Made by a program: the position numbers and the translations under genes
Part shown: positions 26,279 to 36,343 of the stretch, piece by piece
Layout: each line of letters begins with the position of its first letter
Numbering within the stretch: position 1 is the first letter of the stretch
NCBI GenBank assembly: GCA_024763455.1
Contig: JANTFL010000001.1
Location: forward strand, 26,678-90,677
Direction: 5' to 3'
DNA from: Sediminispirochaeta sp.
GTDB lineage: Bacteria > Spirochaetota > Spirochaetia > B11-G9
DNA length: 64,000 bases
Notes under the pieces: model-generated
Told to the model about the DNA's origin: nothing
The model's database searches: none
What the model saw: the letters and a program-made list of their open reading frames with translations, nothing else

Positions 26279-28081
26279 ATGAAAGTACCGAGAGAACGAA
26301 TTAGAAATTTCTGTATTATTGCGCATATAGACCACGGCAAATCGACCCTGGCAGACAGGTTTATCGAAAAAGCCATGATTATAGATAAACGTAAATTCCA
26401 GAATCAGCTTCTGGACAGTATGGATATCGAGCGGGAACGAGGTATTACTATTAAATCCCAGGCGGTAACAATTCCCTATATCGGGAAGGAGGGGGAGATG
26501 TACACTCTGAATCTTGTTGATACCCCTGGACATGTGGATTTCTCCTATGAGGTTTCAAGAGCAATTTCCTCCTGTGAAGGCGCTCTTCTTCTTATTGATG
26601 CAAGTCAAGGAGTGGAAGCACAGACCCTGGCAAATATGTATATGGCTCTTGAACACGATCTGGAAATAATCCCGGTAATTAACAAGATAGACCTGCCCAG
26701 TGCTGATATAGATTTTGTCAAGCACCAGATCGATCATGATCTTGGTCTCGATTCCGATACCGCAGTGCTTGTATCAGCAAAGACGGGGGAGGGGGTAGAT
26801 GACCTTCTTGAGGCTCTGGTTGAATATGTTCCAGCTCCCAGAGGTGATGAAAACATTCCTCTAAAGGCCCTTATCTTCGATTCTCACTACGATCCATACA
26901 GAGGGGTGATTATACACGTAAGAGTCTTCGAAGGCACCCTGAAAAGCGGTGATACCATAAAACTCTTCTTTTCAGAGAATAGCTATAAAGTTGAGGAAAC
27001 CGGTATTTTCAGAATAGATTTGGAAAAAAAGGATAGACTGACATCCGGCGAGGTAGGATACATTATTGCAGGTATCAAGACCATTTCCGACATCAGAATC
27101 GGAGATACGATAACTGTAGTGGATAACCCCTGCAGTGAACCTTTGGATGGATTCAAAGAGGTACAGCCTGTTGTTTTTTCGTCGATTTATCCCGTCGATT
27201 CCGAGGATTACGAGGAACTGCATACAGCAATAGACAGGCTGAAACTGAATGATGCTTCCTTGGTATATGAAAAGGATTCTTCAGCCGCCCTTGGCTTCGG
27301 TTTCAGGTGCGGGTTTCTCGGTCTGCTTCATCTGGAAGTTGTACAGGAGCGGTTGGAGCGGGAATTCGGCCTCTCCATAGTGTTTACTTCCCCTTCGGTT
27401 CAGTATCATCTGTTTTTGAAAAACGGGGAGGATCATTTTATAGATAACCCTCTTGAGTTCCCTGATCCGATGCAGATAGAGTATGTTGAGGAGCCTTATA
27501 TCAAAGCAACCCTTATTACCCCCTCCGAATTTGTCGGGGGTATTATAAAGCTGTGCCTTGAAAAGCGGGGGGTTCAGGAATCAATGCATTATCTCGATGA
27601 GAAACGGGTGGAGCTTGTCTATGATATGCCTCTTGCAGAAGTTATTTTTGATTTTTATGATAGACTTAAATCAATCAGTCGGGGATATGCATCCTTTGAC
27701 TACGAGATCGATGACTTCAGGAGAACAGATCTTGTCAGACTTGATATCATGGTTAACGGGCAGGTAGTGGATGCTCTCTCCCAACTTGTATTCAGGGAGA
27801 ACGCTGTTCCAAGAGCAAGAGTAGTCTGTAAGAAGCTCAGAGAAGAGATCCCCCGTCAACAATTCAAGATACCCATACAGGGTGCAATTGGAAGCACAAT
27901 CATTGCCAGGGAGACAATATCCGCTCTACGAAAGGATGTCACTGCTAAATGTTACGGTGGAGATATATCTCGGAAGAGAAAACTTCTCGAGAAACAGAAA
28001 GAGGGAAAGAAGCGGATGAAAATGGTGGGGAATGTCGAAGTACCCCAGTCAGCTTTTCTTTCTGTCCTCAAGAGTGATTGA
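26279..28081 (+). CDS. lepA: translation elongation factor 4 (LepA)
   Basis: [32 protein letters not shown] and the LepA-specific C-terminal domain are present. I moved the start to the ATG at 26279, giving ~600 aa; the track start at 26168 overlaps the regulator gene. Confidence 0.95.
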   Translation: MKVPRERIRNFCIIAHIDHGKSTLADRFIEKAMIIDKRKFQNQLLDSMDIERERGITIKSQAVTIPYIGKEGEMYTLNLVDTPGHVDFSYEVSRAISSCEGALLLIDASQGVEAQTLANMYMALEHDLEIIPVINKIDLPSADIDFVKHQIDHDLGLDSDTAVLVSAKTGEGVDDLLEALVEYVPAPRGDENIPLKALIFDSHYDPYRGVIIHVRVFEGTLKSGDTIKLFFSENSYKVEETGIFRIDLEKKDRLTSGEVGYIIAGIKTISDIRIGDTITVVDNPCSEPLDGFKEVQPVVFSSIYPVDSEDYEELHTAIDRLKLNDASLVYEKDSSAALGFGFRCGFLGLLHLEVVQERLEREFGLSIVFTSPSVQYHLFLKNGEDHFIDNPLEFPDPMQIEYVEEPYIKATLITPSEFVGGIIKLCLEKRGVQESMHYLDEKRVELVYDMPLAEVIFDFYDRLKSISRGYASFDYEIDDFRRTDLVRLDIMVNGQVVDALSQLVFRENAVPRARVVCKKLREEIPRQQFKIPIQGAIGSTIIARETISALRKDVTAKCYGGDISRKRKLLEKQKEGKKRMKMVGNVEVPQSAFLSVLKSD

Positions 28082-29707
28082 CAGTGATTTTGTAAGAATG
28101 CCCCTGAAATATTCAGCCGAGAGCAGTACTCTTTTTATGTAATCTGGTGAAGCTTCATCTTTTGGAGGGAAGTCGGGGAAGTGTTTAAACAGGTAGTCCA
28201 TGGAGGAAAGGAGTTTTTTGACAGCTTCCCTGTCGGAAACTTCTCCCGCCAAAAATCTGTAGAGACCTGAATGCAGTTCCTCGATTTTTTTAAGCTCCTC
28301 TTCAAGAAATGAGATGTTTTTTACTAATCCCGGTTCAGTAACACTCCGTTTCGCTGAAGCATCTTCCCCTGCTGCAGGAATACTGCCCTCCTCACCAATA
28401 GCTTCGTCAATTTCTTGAATTATTCTTCCAGCGGATCTAAGTCCCAAAGTACCCAAATCGTACAATCTTTTTTCTTTTCCAAAATAAGCATTCATTAGGA
28501 GTGCGTATGAATAAAGAATTGTGTTTGAAAGCCTCATTGCTCCTCTTTTATCCTCTGTTTTCCTATACGGACGTGTAAGGAAAATATCGATGTTTTCGAC
28601 CGGAATAAGGCGTGTTGTATCAAAAAGTATAGAGGACTGAAAAGGGGTCCCCCTGGCATGAGACTTTCCGAGAATATATGAAAAATCAAGCCCCGTGTGA
28701 ATAACCGGTCCGCTGCTCATCATAAGGGCTATATAGACAGCGGTTATCCCGACCGATCCAAGGGGAGGGAGCATTGCAAGGTCCTTGAATTGGCTTCTGA
28801 CCCGTGTTATCAGGGTATTGTCATTGAATACCGAAAGGAAGGGATAAAGTGGGCCATTGAAGTTTCTGACTATGGAGGGGTAACAGGTTAAGTCGAAGAA
28901 CAAGGGGATGGAACTTTTTGTAAGTCCGATAAAATCAAAAAGATTGTAAACTTGCGCATCAACAGCAACTATGTAATCAGGGGTAATACCACTCTTCAAA
29001 AGGGCTGAAACCGCTGTATCAACAGCAACTAGTGCGATTTCATGCTGGTGGCGTTTTATCTGCGGTATCGATTCTTCCAGGGACTCACCGGCTCCCGTGA
29101 CAAGAACAGGACGGGAGTGTTCTATTCCGGTAAAATTCCCATTAATTATCCTGTCTTGATGTTCTTCGGTTAACGAAGCCATATTTAAAAATATATTTCT
29201 GATCCAGAGCGGCGCCATGTGTATTTCAGTCATCCTGTTCTGCCAGAACTCTTTGACTGCTGCTTCCAGAACCCCGAGTATCCTTTGATACTCATCTTTG
29301 TTCAGAAGATATCCCCCGGTAAGGGTAATCATTGATACTCTTCTGAAATGGTGAATACCGGCTTGCCGGAGTATTTGTAGGGCTTCCTGGATGTCGTTTC
29401 CGATATAATGAAAGCGGCTGTCCCGGGGGACAGAGGTACCAGTTTTTTCATAAAGATTAAAAAGTTTTTGATCAGTTTCGATAGCCAGGACCAGGCAGTC
29501 ATCCGGTAGATTTTGCAGCAGGGGTTCAATACCGTAAAAAAGGAGCGGAGAGGGAATAAAAAGGACAGTTTTCGGCAGAATCTTTATATGCCGAACTTTC
29601 CTTTCAACGGATTCTACAGGTGTTAGTGTATTGTAAAGATGTCTTTTCCGGTAAAAAACAGAAAACCCTCTGCCTGTATCAACAAGAAGAGGGTTTTGAG
29701 GCTTCAT
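28049..29707 (-). CDS. Maf-like (motility accessory factor) DUF115/MptE-like domain protein, putative glycosyltransferase
   Basis: 552 aa. The core [46 protein letters not shown] matches the GAGPSL...D...PD..v..D pattern of DUF115/Maf. It is co-directional with, and 13 nt downstream of, the PpiD-like gene. Confidence 0.7.
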   Translation of the reverse strand: MKPQNPLLVDTGRGFSVFYRKRHLYNTLTPVESVERKVRHIKILPKTVLFIPSPLLFYGIEPLLQNLPDDCLVLAIETDQKLFNLYEKTGTSVPRDSRFHYIGNDIQEALQILRQAGIHHFRRVSMITLTGGYLLNKDEYQRILGVLEAAVKEFWQNRMTEIHMAPLWIRNIFLNMASLTEEHQDRIINGNFTGIEHSRPVLVTGAGESLEESIPQIKRHQHEIALVAVDTAVSALLKSGITPDYIVAVDAQVYNLFDFIGLTKSSIPLFFDLTCYPSIVRNFNGPLYPFLSVFNDNTLITRVRSQFKDLAMLPPLGSVGITAVYIALMMSSGPVIHTGLDFSYILGKSHARGTPFQSSILFDTTRLIPVENIDIFLTRPYRKTEDKRGAMRLSNTILYSYALLMNAYFGKEKRLYDLGTLGLRSAGRIIQEIDEAIGEEGSIPAAGEDASAKRSVTEPGLVKNISFLEEELKKIEELHSGLYRFLAGEVSDREAVKKLLSSMDYLFKHFPDFPPKDEASPDYIKRVLLSAEYFRGILTKSLSITLEDRKKS

Positions 29708-29720
29708 ACCTTTACTGCCC

Positions 29721-31223
29721 TTAGTTGGTTCTTAACACTTGCTGTGAGAAAACTGACAGGAAGTTATTCTTGAGTTTATCGGAACTCAGAAATTTCCTGT
29801 ATAACGACTCCTGTCTGAACTGATCAACAAGATATGCATAATATGCATCCAGATAGGCAAGTTCATCTGCACCAACGTTTCGTTCTTCAATGAGCTGTGC
29901 CACAATCACTGAATTGTCCAGAATCAAAGGCTCGGTTGTTTCATTTTTCTTTAATGAAAAGAGAGCTTTCAGGGCTCTTTCGTCGGTTGCAGCAGCGTTG
30001 AGTTCTTTGTCGTCATCCAAGGCTCTGATCTGCTTCATAAAATAGCTGTTACCATAGTTAATTGGAAAGTAGTCAGTCACATGAGAGGTAAGGTTCATTC
30101 CACTGCCTGCCGTATCGAATCCTGAAGTGGAAGCATTTTTTCTGAAATTTTCAGCTTTTGATACAAAGAAATCTTCGACTTTACCTTTTTCATTAGTAAG
30201 GAGATAATTTCTGATGTCAGCAATATCTTCTTCCGCAGCAAAGTCGGGATCGGTCCTTTCGTTATTTACCCGGTAAATACTGTAGCCGTAAGGTGTTTTG
30301 ATCAGGGAACTTAACTCTCCTGATTTAAGCGTGAAAACGGTATCAAGGTCTTTACTGTCAGAGAAATCCCCGGTAAGTGAGTGGTATCTGACCCAGCCCA
30401 TATCTCCGCCTTTATCAGCGTATATATCAGTTGACTGATTCTGGGCAATTTCTTCAAAGCGTGCAGGGTTTTCTTTAAGCTGTGTATAGAGAGTATCAGC
30501 TGTTTTTTTATCATCCTTAAGTGAAATGCGGCTTAGATTTACCTTTGCAAAAAGAGCTGAGTTATCCCTGCCGTAGGATATCACTTCCGAATCAGGATAT
30601 GCATCAAAGCTGAATGCCACGTATTTAAAACTCCGTTCAGGAGAAGACATTCCCTTTACAAAATCTTTTTCCTTTTCAGATGAGAGGGTACTGCTTACAT
30701 CACTTAAATACTGCTGCTGCGTAAGCTCTTCACGGTAGAGCTGCCGGGTTGCGTATTTCTCCGAATTAGGGGTGGAATTATAGATTTCAGGGCTGAATTT
30801 CCCGTTATCCATATATGGACCGTACTGGGTAAGAGCTTTGTCTATCCGGTGGTCGGAAATATACAGACCGCTCTCTTTTGCACTGTCAAGGATTGCCATA
30901 TGGAAGACTGTACTGTCAAAGGCACCCTTCCAGATCTGATACGTCTGGTACTGGTAGTTTGAACTGGTGGTATCTGTATTCTGATATTTTTGAACAAAGG
31001 AGTCCAACTGACGTGCGAAATAGCTATTTTGAGTGTATTTTATATCCTTACCGGCGTATTGACCGAAAGTCATATCCTGCCCGCCGCCTAATAGTCCTCT
31101 GAAAAAGGGCGCTCCTACAAAACTGACAACAACCAGTACAAGGATTGCAATACTGAAAACCCATAGAAACGGGTGTTTATGTTGTTTTTCTGCTACAATA
31201 TTTTCTTTGTTTTTTGAAGGCAT
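29721..31223 (-). CDS. membrane-anchored peptidyl-prolyl isomerase/chaperone (PpiD/SurA-like, parvulin domain)
   Basis: It has an N-terminal TM helix (FLWVFSIAILVLVVVSFVGAPFF), a parvulin-like segment (DKGGDMGWVRYHSL..LKSGELSSLIKTPYGYSIYRV) and long chaperone-like flanks. I moved the start to the ATG at 31223, which is preceded by GAGGA. Confidence 0.7.
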   Translation of the reverse strand: MPSKNKENIVAEKQHKHPFLWVFSIAILVLVVVSFVGAPFFRGLLGGGQDMTFGQYAGKDIKYTQNSYFARQLDSFVQKYQNTDTTSSNYQYQTYQIWKGAFDSTVFHMAILDSAKESGLYISDHRIDKALTQYGPYMDNGKFSPEIYNSTPNSEKYATRQLYREELTQQQYLSDVSSTLSSEKEKDFVKGMSSPERSFKYVAFSFDAYPDSEVISYGRDNSALFAKVNLSRISLKDDKKTADTLYTQLKENPARFEEIAQNQSTDIYADKGGDMGWVRYHSLTGDFSDSKDLDTVFTLKSGELSSLIKTPYGYSIYRVNNERTDPDFAAEEDIADIRNYLLTNEKGKVEDFFVSKAENFRKNASTSGFDTAGSGMNLTSHVTDYFPINYGNSYFMKQIRALDDDKELNAAATDERALKALFSLKKNETTEPLILDNSVIVAQLIEERNVGADELAYLDAYYAYLVDQFRQESLYRKFLSSDKLKNNFLSVFSQQVLRTN

Positions 31224-31258
31224 ATGTTCCTCATATTTCTCATAAAATGGCGTTCCAA

Positions 31259-31287
31259 ACCATACCACGTGCTTTTAGATGTGTCAA
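31259..31287 (-). promoter_or_regulatory. candidate sigma70 promoter of the PpiD-like/Maf-like operon
   Basis: On the minus strand: TTGACA (31287-31282), a 17 nt spacer and TATGGT (31264-31259). It gives a ~35 nt leader carrying GAGGA. Confidence 0.4.
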
Positions 31288-31302
31288 TTCTCTTAATAGT
31301 AA

Positions 31303-31331
31303 TTGTATTTTCTCACTATTGTTTGTATATT
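31303..31331 (+). promoter_or_regulatory. candidate promoter (leaderless geometry) of mcsA-mcsB-clpC
   Basis: TTGTAT (31303-31308), a 17 nt spacer and TATATT (31326-31331), then aaaaat (6 nt) to the ATG at 31338. No SD is present and the -35 is weak. Confidence 0.35.
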
Positions 31332-31337
31332 AAAAAT

Positions 31338-31853
31338 ATGTTATGCGATGTTTGCGGAAAAAGAGAAGCGGCGATACATATTCAGCAGATCATAGGAAAG
31401 AAAGTGATTGATCTGCACTTGTGCCGGCAGTGTGCCAGGGAGAAGAATGTCTCGGAAACAGAGGGGTCTGTAAACAATTCAATTATAAATTTGGTAAAGA
31501 ATCTCCTGGATGGAACTCGTTTGACACAGTTCATTGATCAAAAAACTACGTATTGCCCGACTTGTAATACAAAACTGCATGAAATCAGAGAAACCGGAAA
31601 GACGGGTTGCCCCGACTGTTACAGAGAGTTTAGAACAGTTATCCGTGAATCTCTGGGTGTGGGAAACACACCTCTTCTGCATAACGGCAACATCCCTGAA
31701 AAGCTGAAGAGCTATAAAACAATTCTGGTTGACAGAGAAAAGCTGAAAAAAGAGCTTGAAGAGGCAGTGTTTAAAGAGGATTACGAAACTGCCGTTGTAC
31801 TGCGGGATAAGCTGAAGGAACTTGAGATTGAGCTGGGAAGGGGTAATGAGTAG
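31338..31853 (+). CDS. mcsA: protein arginine kinase activator McsA-like (zinc-ribbon repeats + UVR motif)
   Basis: 171 aa from the ATG at 31338. It has CDVCGKREA..CRQCA and CPTCNT..CPDCY cysteine pairs and the UvrB/C motif AVFKEDYETAVVLRDKLKELE. It lies directly upstream of mcsB. Confidence 0.75.
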   Translation: MLCDVCGKREAAIHIQQIIGKKVIDLHLCRQCAREKNVSETEGSVNNSIINLVKNLLDGTRLTQFIDQKTTYCPTCNTKLHEIRETGKTGCPDCYREFRTVIRESLGVGNTPLLHNGNIPEKLKSYKTILVDREKLKKELEEAVFKEDYETAVVLRDKLKELEIELGRGNE

Positions 31854-32901
31854 TTTTTCAGGATTTGAAACTGCTCCTCTTTGGTGCAGGAAGGAAGGAG
31901 AAGCGCGTGATGTAGTCCTATCCAGCAGGGTAAGACTGTCGAGAAACCTGGCGGGATTTACTTTTCCTGAAAAATTGACCCTAAAGGATGAGGAAGAGGT
32001 AAAGAATATTGTCCTTTCAGCGGTAGAAACAAGCAACCAGTACAAGGATATGGAAGTTCTGTACATGAACGATGTTATTCCTGTTGAAAGAATGATGCTG
32101 TTCGAGAAAAGGCTTGTTTCCAGGGATTTTTCTGAAGGCAGGAATAAAGCGGTCGTTATACGGAGTGATAAGAGTCTTTCCTGCATGGTTAATGAAACCG
32201 ACCACCTTAAGATAGCTGCGTATACCGGTGGGCTTGATCTTGAAGAGGCATTTAATGAAGCCCGGGAGTTTGACGTAGCATTGGAAAAAAATCTGGATTA
32301 TGCAGTTTCTCTGGAGTTTGGATATCTCACCAGTCAGATAAAGAATGCCGGGACCGGTATGAAAGCTTCAGTTATGCTTCACCTGCCGTTTCTTGTAAGA
32401 ACAGGGCTGTTGGATAGAGCGATTAAATCCTCACTGACGGAGGAATTCTCAGTAAAAGGCTTTTTAAGTGATGAAGAAAACTCTCTGGGAGACCTGTATC
32501 AGGTTTCAAACGAAGTATCGATAGGAATAAGCGAAGAGGCATATTTGAAAAAACTGCAGACAGTGGCATCTTCACTCATGGGGTATGAACGACGGGCACG
32601 GGACCAGTTCTACAAGAGTAAAAGCATGGAGCTGGAAGATATATTTTACCGGGCTTATGGAATCCTTAAAAACTGCAGACTTCTGTCTTTGAAGGAAGCG
32701 GTACGGTATCTTATGGATTTTAGAATTGGAATAATAATGGGTTGGTCCGATGTCCCTTTGGAACGGATTGACTATCTGATAATTCTGGTGCAGAAAGCGC
32801 ATATCCAGTCTACTCTTGACTTTGATGAGGAATCAAACTCAAAAATTATTAATTATACCCGTTCAAAGCTTGTCAAAAGATATCTTGAGTTACTACAATA
32901 G
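31846..32901 (+). CDS. mcsB: protein arginine kinase McsB (ATP:guanido phosphotransferase family)
   Basis: VVLSSRVRLSRNLAGFTFP, NETDHLKI and the TSQIKNAGTGMKASVMLHLP phosphagen-kinase signatures are present. The start is the ATG at 31846. Confidence 0.85.
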   Translation: MSSFSGFETAPLWCRKEGEARDVVLSSRVRLSRNLAGFTFPEKLTLKDEEEVKNIVLSAVETSNQYKDMEVLYMNDVIPVERMMLFEKRLVSRDFSEGRNKAVVIRSDKSLSCMVNETDHLKIAAYTGGLDLEEAFNEAREFDVALEKNLDYAVSLEFGYLTSQIKNAGTGMKASVMLHLPFLVRTGLLDRAIKSSLTEEFSVKGFLSDEENSLGDLYQVSNEVSIGISEEAYLKKLQTVASSLMGYERRARDQFYKSKSMELEDIFYRAYGILKNCRLLSLKEAVRYLMDFRIGIIMGWSDVPLERIDYLIILVQKAHIQSTLDFDEESNSKIINYTRSKLVKRYLELLQ

Positions 32902-32916
32902 GAGTAGGGGGATCAT

Positions 32917-35409
32917 ATGTATAAGGGGCTAACACAACGGGCTAAATTAATAGTAACCGTATACTCACAGGAAGAGGCAAAGCGGTTCAGATCAGACCAG
33001 CTTTTACCGGAACATATACTCCTGGCAATAATAAAAGAGGGCGAAGGGACAGGTTTAAAGGTTTTGAAATCCTTAAAAATAAATCCTGTTGAACTTCAGC
33101 TGGAGATTGAGAAGGGAATTCCCAGAAAACACTCAGGATATATCCTGGGAGACGTATCACTATCCAGAAGAGGGACGCGAATTATTGAAGACTCTGCCGA
33201 AGAAGCAAAAGCTCTTGGCCATGAGTATATTGGTACAGAACATTTTATTCTTGCAGCTATTAAAGAGCAGGGGAGTATTCTTCAGCGTTTCCTCGGAAAA
33301 AACGGAGTTTCATACAGTGATTTTCGGAAGGCAGTCATTGCCATGCGGGGCGCCGGTTCAAATTCGGCAAGTAGAAATACCCGGTTTCAGGCACAAAAGA
33401 AGAATCAGCCGGTGAGCAGCAAGAAGGGAACACCTACCCTGAACGACTTCTCCAGGGATCTTACAGAGTATGCCCGCAAAGGAGCCCTTGACCCTGTCAT
33501 AGGTCGGGAACAGGAGATTAAAAGGGTTATCCAGATTCTTGCCCGGCGCACAAAAAACAATCCGGTTCTTGTAGGTGAGCCGGGAGTAGGGAAGACGGCA
33601 ATAGTCGAAGGACTGGCCCAGCGGATCGTGGACGGGACGGCACCCGATTTACTTCTTGGTAAACGGGTTTTGACCCTGGATATTGCTTCTCTCATTGCGG
33701 GAACAAAATACAGGGGAGAGTTTGAGGAACGTCTAAAGCGTGTAATGAAAGAGATCCGTAATGATGGAAACGTGATTCTTTTTATTGATGAACTGCACAC
33801 AATAATAGGAGCCGGCGGTGCTGAGGGGGCAATTGATGCGTCTAATATGTTAAAACCTGCCCTTTCCAGAGGTGAGATTCAGTGCATCGGTGCAACTACA
33901 TTAAATGAATACAGGAAATATATTGAAAAAGATTCAGCTTTGGAGAGAAGATTTCAGAGTATTTTTGTGGATGAACCTACGGTGGAGGATACAATAAAAA
34001 TACTTAACGGAATTAAAAAGCAATATGAGAATCATCATAATGTAGAATATGAAGATAAGGCAGTTACCGCAGCTGCAATGCTCTCGCACAGGTATATCTC
34101 AGACAGGTTCCTTCCTGACAAAGCAATTGATCTGCTGGATGAAGCAGGTGCAGTAAAAAGAATTAACAATACTGTACGGCCGGGCAGTATACGGAAGATG
34201 GAGGAAGAGATTGAAGAACTCACTTCAAAAAAGATTGAACTGGTCAATAATCAGGACTACGAGAGGGCAGCAGCTGTCAGAGATCAGGTTCGCCAGCTTA
34301 AGCTCGAAATGGATAAAAAACTCAATGACTGGAATAGTTCCATGAAGGTGGAAAAGGTAACAGTCTATGAAACCGATATAGATGAGATAATATCCAGTAT
34401 CACCGGGATACCAGCAGCCAGGATTGCTGAGAGTGAATCGGAAAAGCTCCTTCAGATTGAGAGTGAACTGCATAAAACAGTAATAGGACAGAATGAAGCA
34501 ATAACCGCTATTGCATCAAGTATAAGACGGTCAAGAACAGGACTTTCTTCTCCTGGAAGACCTTTGGGGTCCTTTATTTTCCTGGGACCCACAGGGGTGG
34601 GAAAGACTCTCCTTGCAAAAACCCTTGCACAGTATCTTTTTGGAAAAGAAGATGCACTTGTAAGGATAGATATGTCCGATTTTATGGAAAAACACAACAT
34701 TAGCCGGCTGGTTGGAGCACCCCCCGGGTATGTAGGATATGAAGAGGGAGGACTTCTCACCGAGAAAATTCGGAGACGACCTTACAGTGTTATCCTTCTT
34801 GATGAGATTGAAAAAGCACATCCTGACGTTTTTAATCTTCTGCTTCAGCTTCTTGAGGAAGGGGAGCTTCAGGATAATCTGGGACATAAGGTTTCTTTTA
34901 AGAATACTGTTCTTATTATGACATCCAACGCAGGAGCCAGAGAAATCTCACAGGAAAATTCTCTGGGGTTTAAATCCAACGATGGAATACTGAGTTACTC
35001 AGAGATACGGGCTTCTGCTTTAAATGAACTCCGGCTTCAATTCCGACCTGAGTTTATAAACAGAGTGGACGAGATTGTAGTCTTCAACAGCCTCACAAGA
35101 GAAGAGATAAGAAATATTGTGGATATTCTCCTTGATGAGATTAAGTTACGGCTGCTTGAGATGAATATAATCCTGGAATTGAAGAAAAGTGCCAGAGAGT
35201 ATCTGGTTGATAACGGTTATGATCCGAAGTTCGGCGCACGGCCATTACGAAGAGTCCTTCAAAAAGAGATAGAAGACCCCCTTTCCGTTCAAATACTTGA
35301 GGGGAAATGTCCTGCCGGTAGCAGGGTTACCGCAGGAGTACGTAAAGGGCATCTCTCTTTTGCGATAGATAAACCAAAACTTATAGAAGCTAAAACACCG
35401 GTTGTATAA
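32917..35409 (+). CDS. clpC: ATP-dependent Clp protease ATP-binding subunit ClpC
   Basis: 830 aa. It has a Clp_N repeat, two AAA+ modules (GEPGVGKT, GPTGVGKT), a UVR-like linker (QDYERAAAVRDQVRQLK), and follows mcsAB. Confidence 0.9.
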   Translation: MYKGLTQRAKLIVTVYSQEEAKRFRSDQLLPEHILLAIIKEGEGTGLKVLKSLKINPVELQLEIEKGIPRKHSGYILGDVSLSRRGTRIIEDSAEEAKALGHEYIGTEHFILAAIKEQGSILQRFLGKNGVSYSDFRKAVIAMRGAGSNSASRNTRFQAQKKNQPVSSKKGTPTLNDFSRDLTEYARKGALDPVIGREQEIKRVIQILARRTKNNPVLVGEPGVGKTAIVEGLAQRIVDGTAPDLLLGKRVLTLDIASLIAGTKYRGEFEERLKRVMKEIRNDGNVILFIDELHTIIGAGGAEGAIDASNMLKPALSRGEIQCIGATTLNEYRKYIEKDSALERRFQSIFVDEPTVEDTIKILNGIKKQYENHHNVEYEDKAVTAAAMLSHRYISDRFLPDKAIDLLDEAGAVKRINNTVRPGSIRKMEEEIEELTSKKIELVNNQDYERAAAVRDQVRQLKLEMDKKLNDWNSSMKVEKVTVYETDIDEIISSITGIPAARIAESESEKLLQIESELHKTVIGQNEAITAIASSIRRSRTGLSSPGRPLGSFIFLGPTGVGKTLLAKTLAQYLFGKEDALVRIDMSDFMEKHNISRLVGAPPGYVGYEEGGLLTEKIRRRPYSVILLDEIEKAHPDVFNLLLQLLEEGELQDNLGHKVSFKNTVLIMTSNAGAREISQENSLGFKSNDGILSYSEIRASALNELRLQFRPEFINRVDEIVVFNSLTREEIRNIVDILLDEIKLRLLEMNIILELKKSAREYLVDNGYDPKFGARPLRRVLQKEIEDPLSVQILEGKCPAGSRVTAGVRKGHLSFAIDKPKLIEAKTPVV

Positions 35410-35411
35410 TT

Positions 35412-36341
35412 ATGAATTTAGAATTATTTATTCTCGGTACAGGGGGTATGATGCCCCTGCCCGGGAGATTTCTCACGTCAGCACTCCTCAGGAGAGAGGG
35501 AGAACTTTTCCTTTTTGACTGTGGTGAAGGGACCCAGGTATCTTTACGAAAGCTTAATTTAAAATGGAAAAAGATATCAGTAATCTTTATCAGCCACACC
35601 CATGCAGATCATGTTACCGGCCTTCCCGGGATACTTATGCTCTCCAGTCAAGTTGAGCGGGACGAGCCGTTATACATAATAGGACCTCCGAATATAAAGG
35701 AGTACGTCGAATCCAGCAGAAAAGCTTTGGATATGTACATAAACTATGAGATTATAGTCAAGGAGATTAATGAACCGGGAATTGTATACGAAGGAGACGG
35801 CTATTCGGTCAAAGCTTTTTCCCTTCAGCATACAAAACCCTGCTTTGGCTATACGCTGGTGGAGGATCCCCGTCCCGGTGTCTTTAATCCGGATGCTGCC
35901 CGGAATCTTCAAGTCCCCATGGGACCTTTATGGGCACGGCTGCAGTCAGGTGAAAATGTTACTCTGGAAAACGGAATTGTCATAACACCGGAGATGGTGC
36001 TTGGGGAGCAGCGAAAGGGGAGAAAATTTTCCTTTGTTACAGATACAAAATATTTTAGTGGTATAAAGGATAATGTGAAAAATTCTGATGTTCTTATCTG
36101 TGAGGGGATGTTCAGGGATGAGCTGAAGGAAAGTGCCGCAGAAAAAAAACATATGACTGCCACCCAGGCGGCTACCATAGCAAAAGAAGCAGGAGGTGTT
36201 AAAAAAATGGGACTGATTCATTACAGCCCACGGTACACCGAATATGACTTGAGGTTTCTCTTAAAAGAAGCAAAAACGATTTTTCCAAATACCTTTCTTT
36301 CCAGGGATGGTCAATCCGTGAATATCCCTTTCGAGGATTAA
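35412..36341 (+). CDS. rnz: ribonuclease Z
   Basis: 309 aa. It has an MBL fold with ISHTHADHVTG, the exosite region and the IHYSPRY C-terminal motif. Confidence 0.85.
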   Translation: MNLELFILGTGGMMPLPGRFLTSALLRREGELFLFDCGEGTQVSLRKLNLKWKKISVIFISHTHADHVTGLPGILMLSSQVERDEPLYIIGPPNIKEYVESSRKALDMYINYEIIVKEINEPGIVYEGDGYSVKAFSLQHTKPCFGYTLVEDPRPGVFNPDAARNLQVPMGPLWARLQSGENVTLENGIVITPEMVLGEQRKGRKFSFVTDTKYFSGIKDNVKNSDVLICEGMFRDELKESAAEKKHMTATQAATIAKEAGGVKKMGLIHYSPRYTEYDLRFLLKEAKTIFPNTFLSRDGQSVNIPFED

Positions 36342-36343
36342 CT

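Noticed and set aside
31479-32186. A 235 aa minus-strand ORF spanning the mcsA/mcsB junction.
   Set aside because: It is antisense to two well-supported genes, has no motifs, and is a low-complexity Ser/Leu/Phe-rich sequence.
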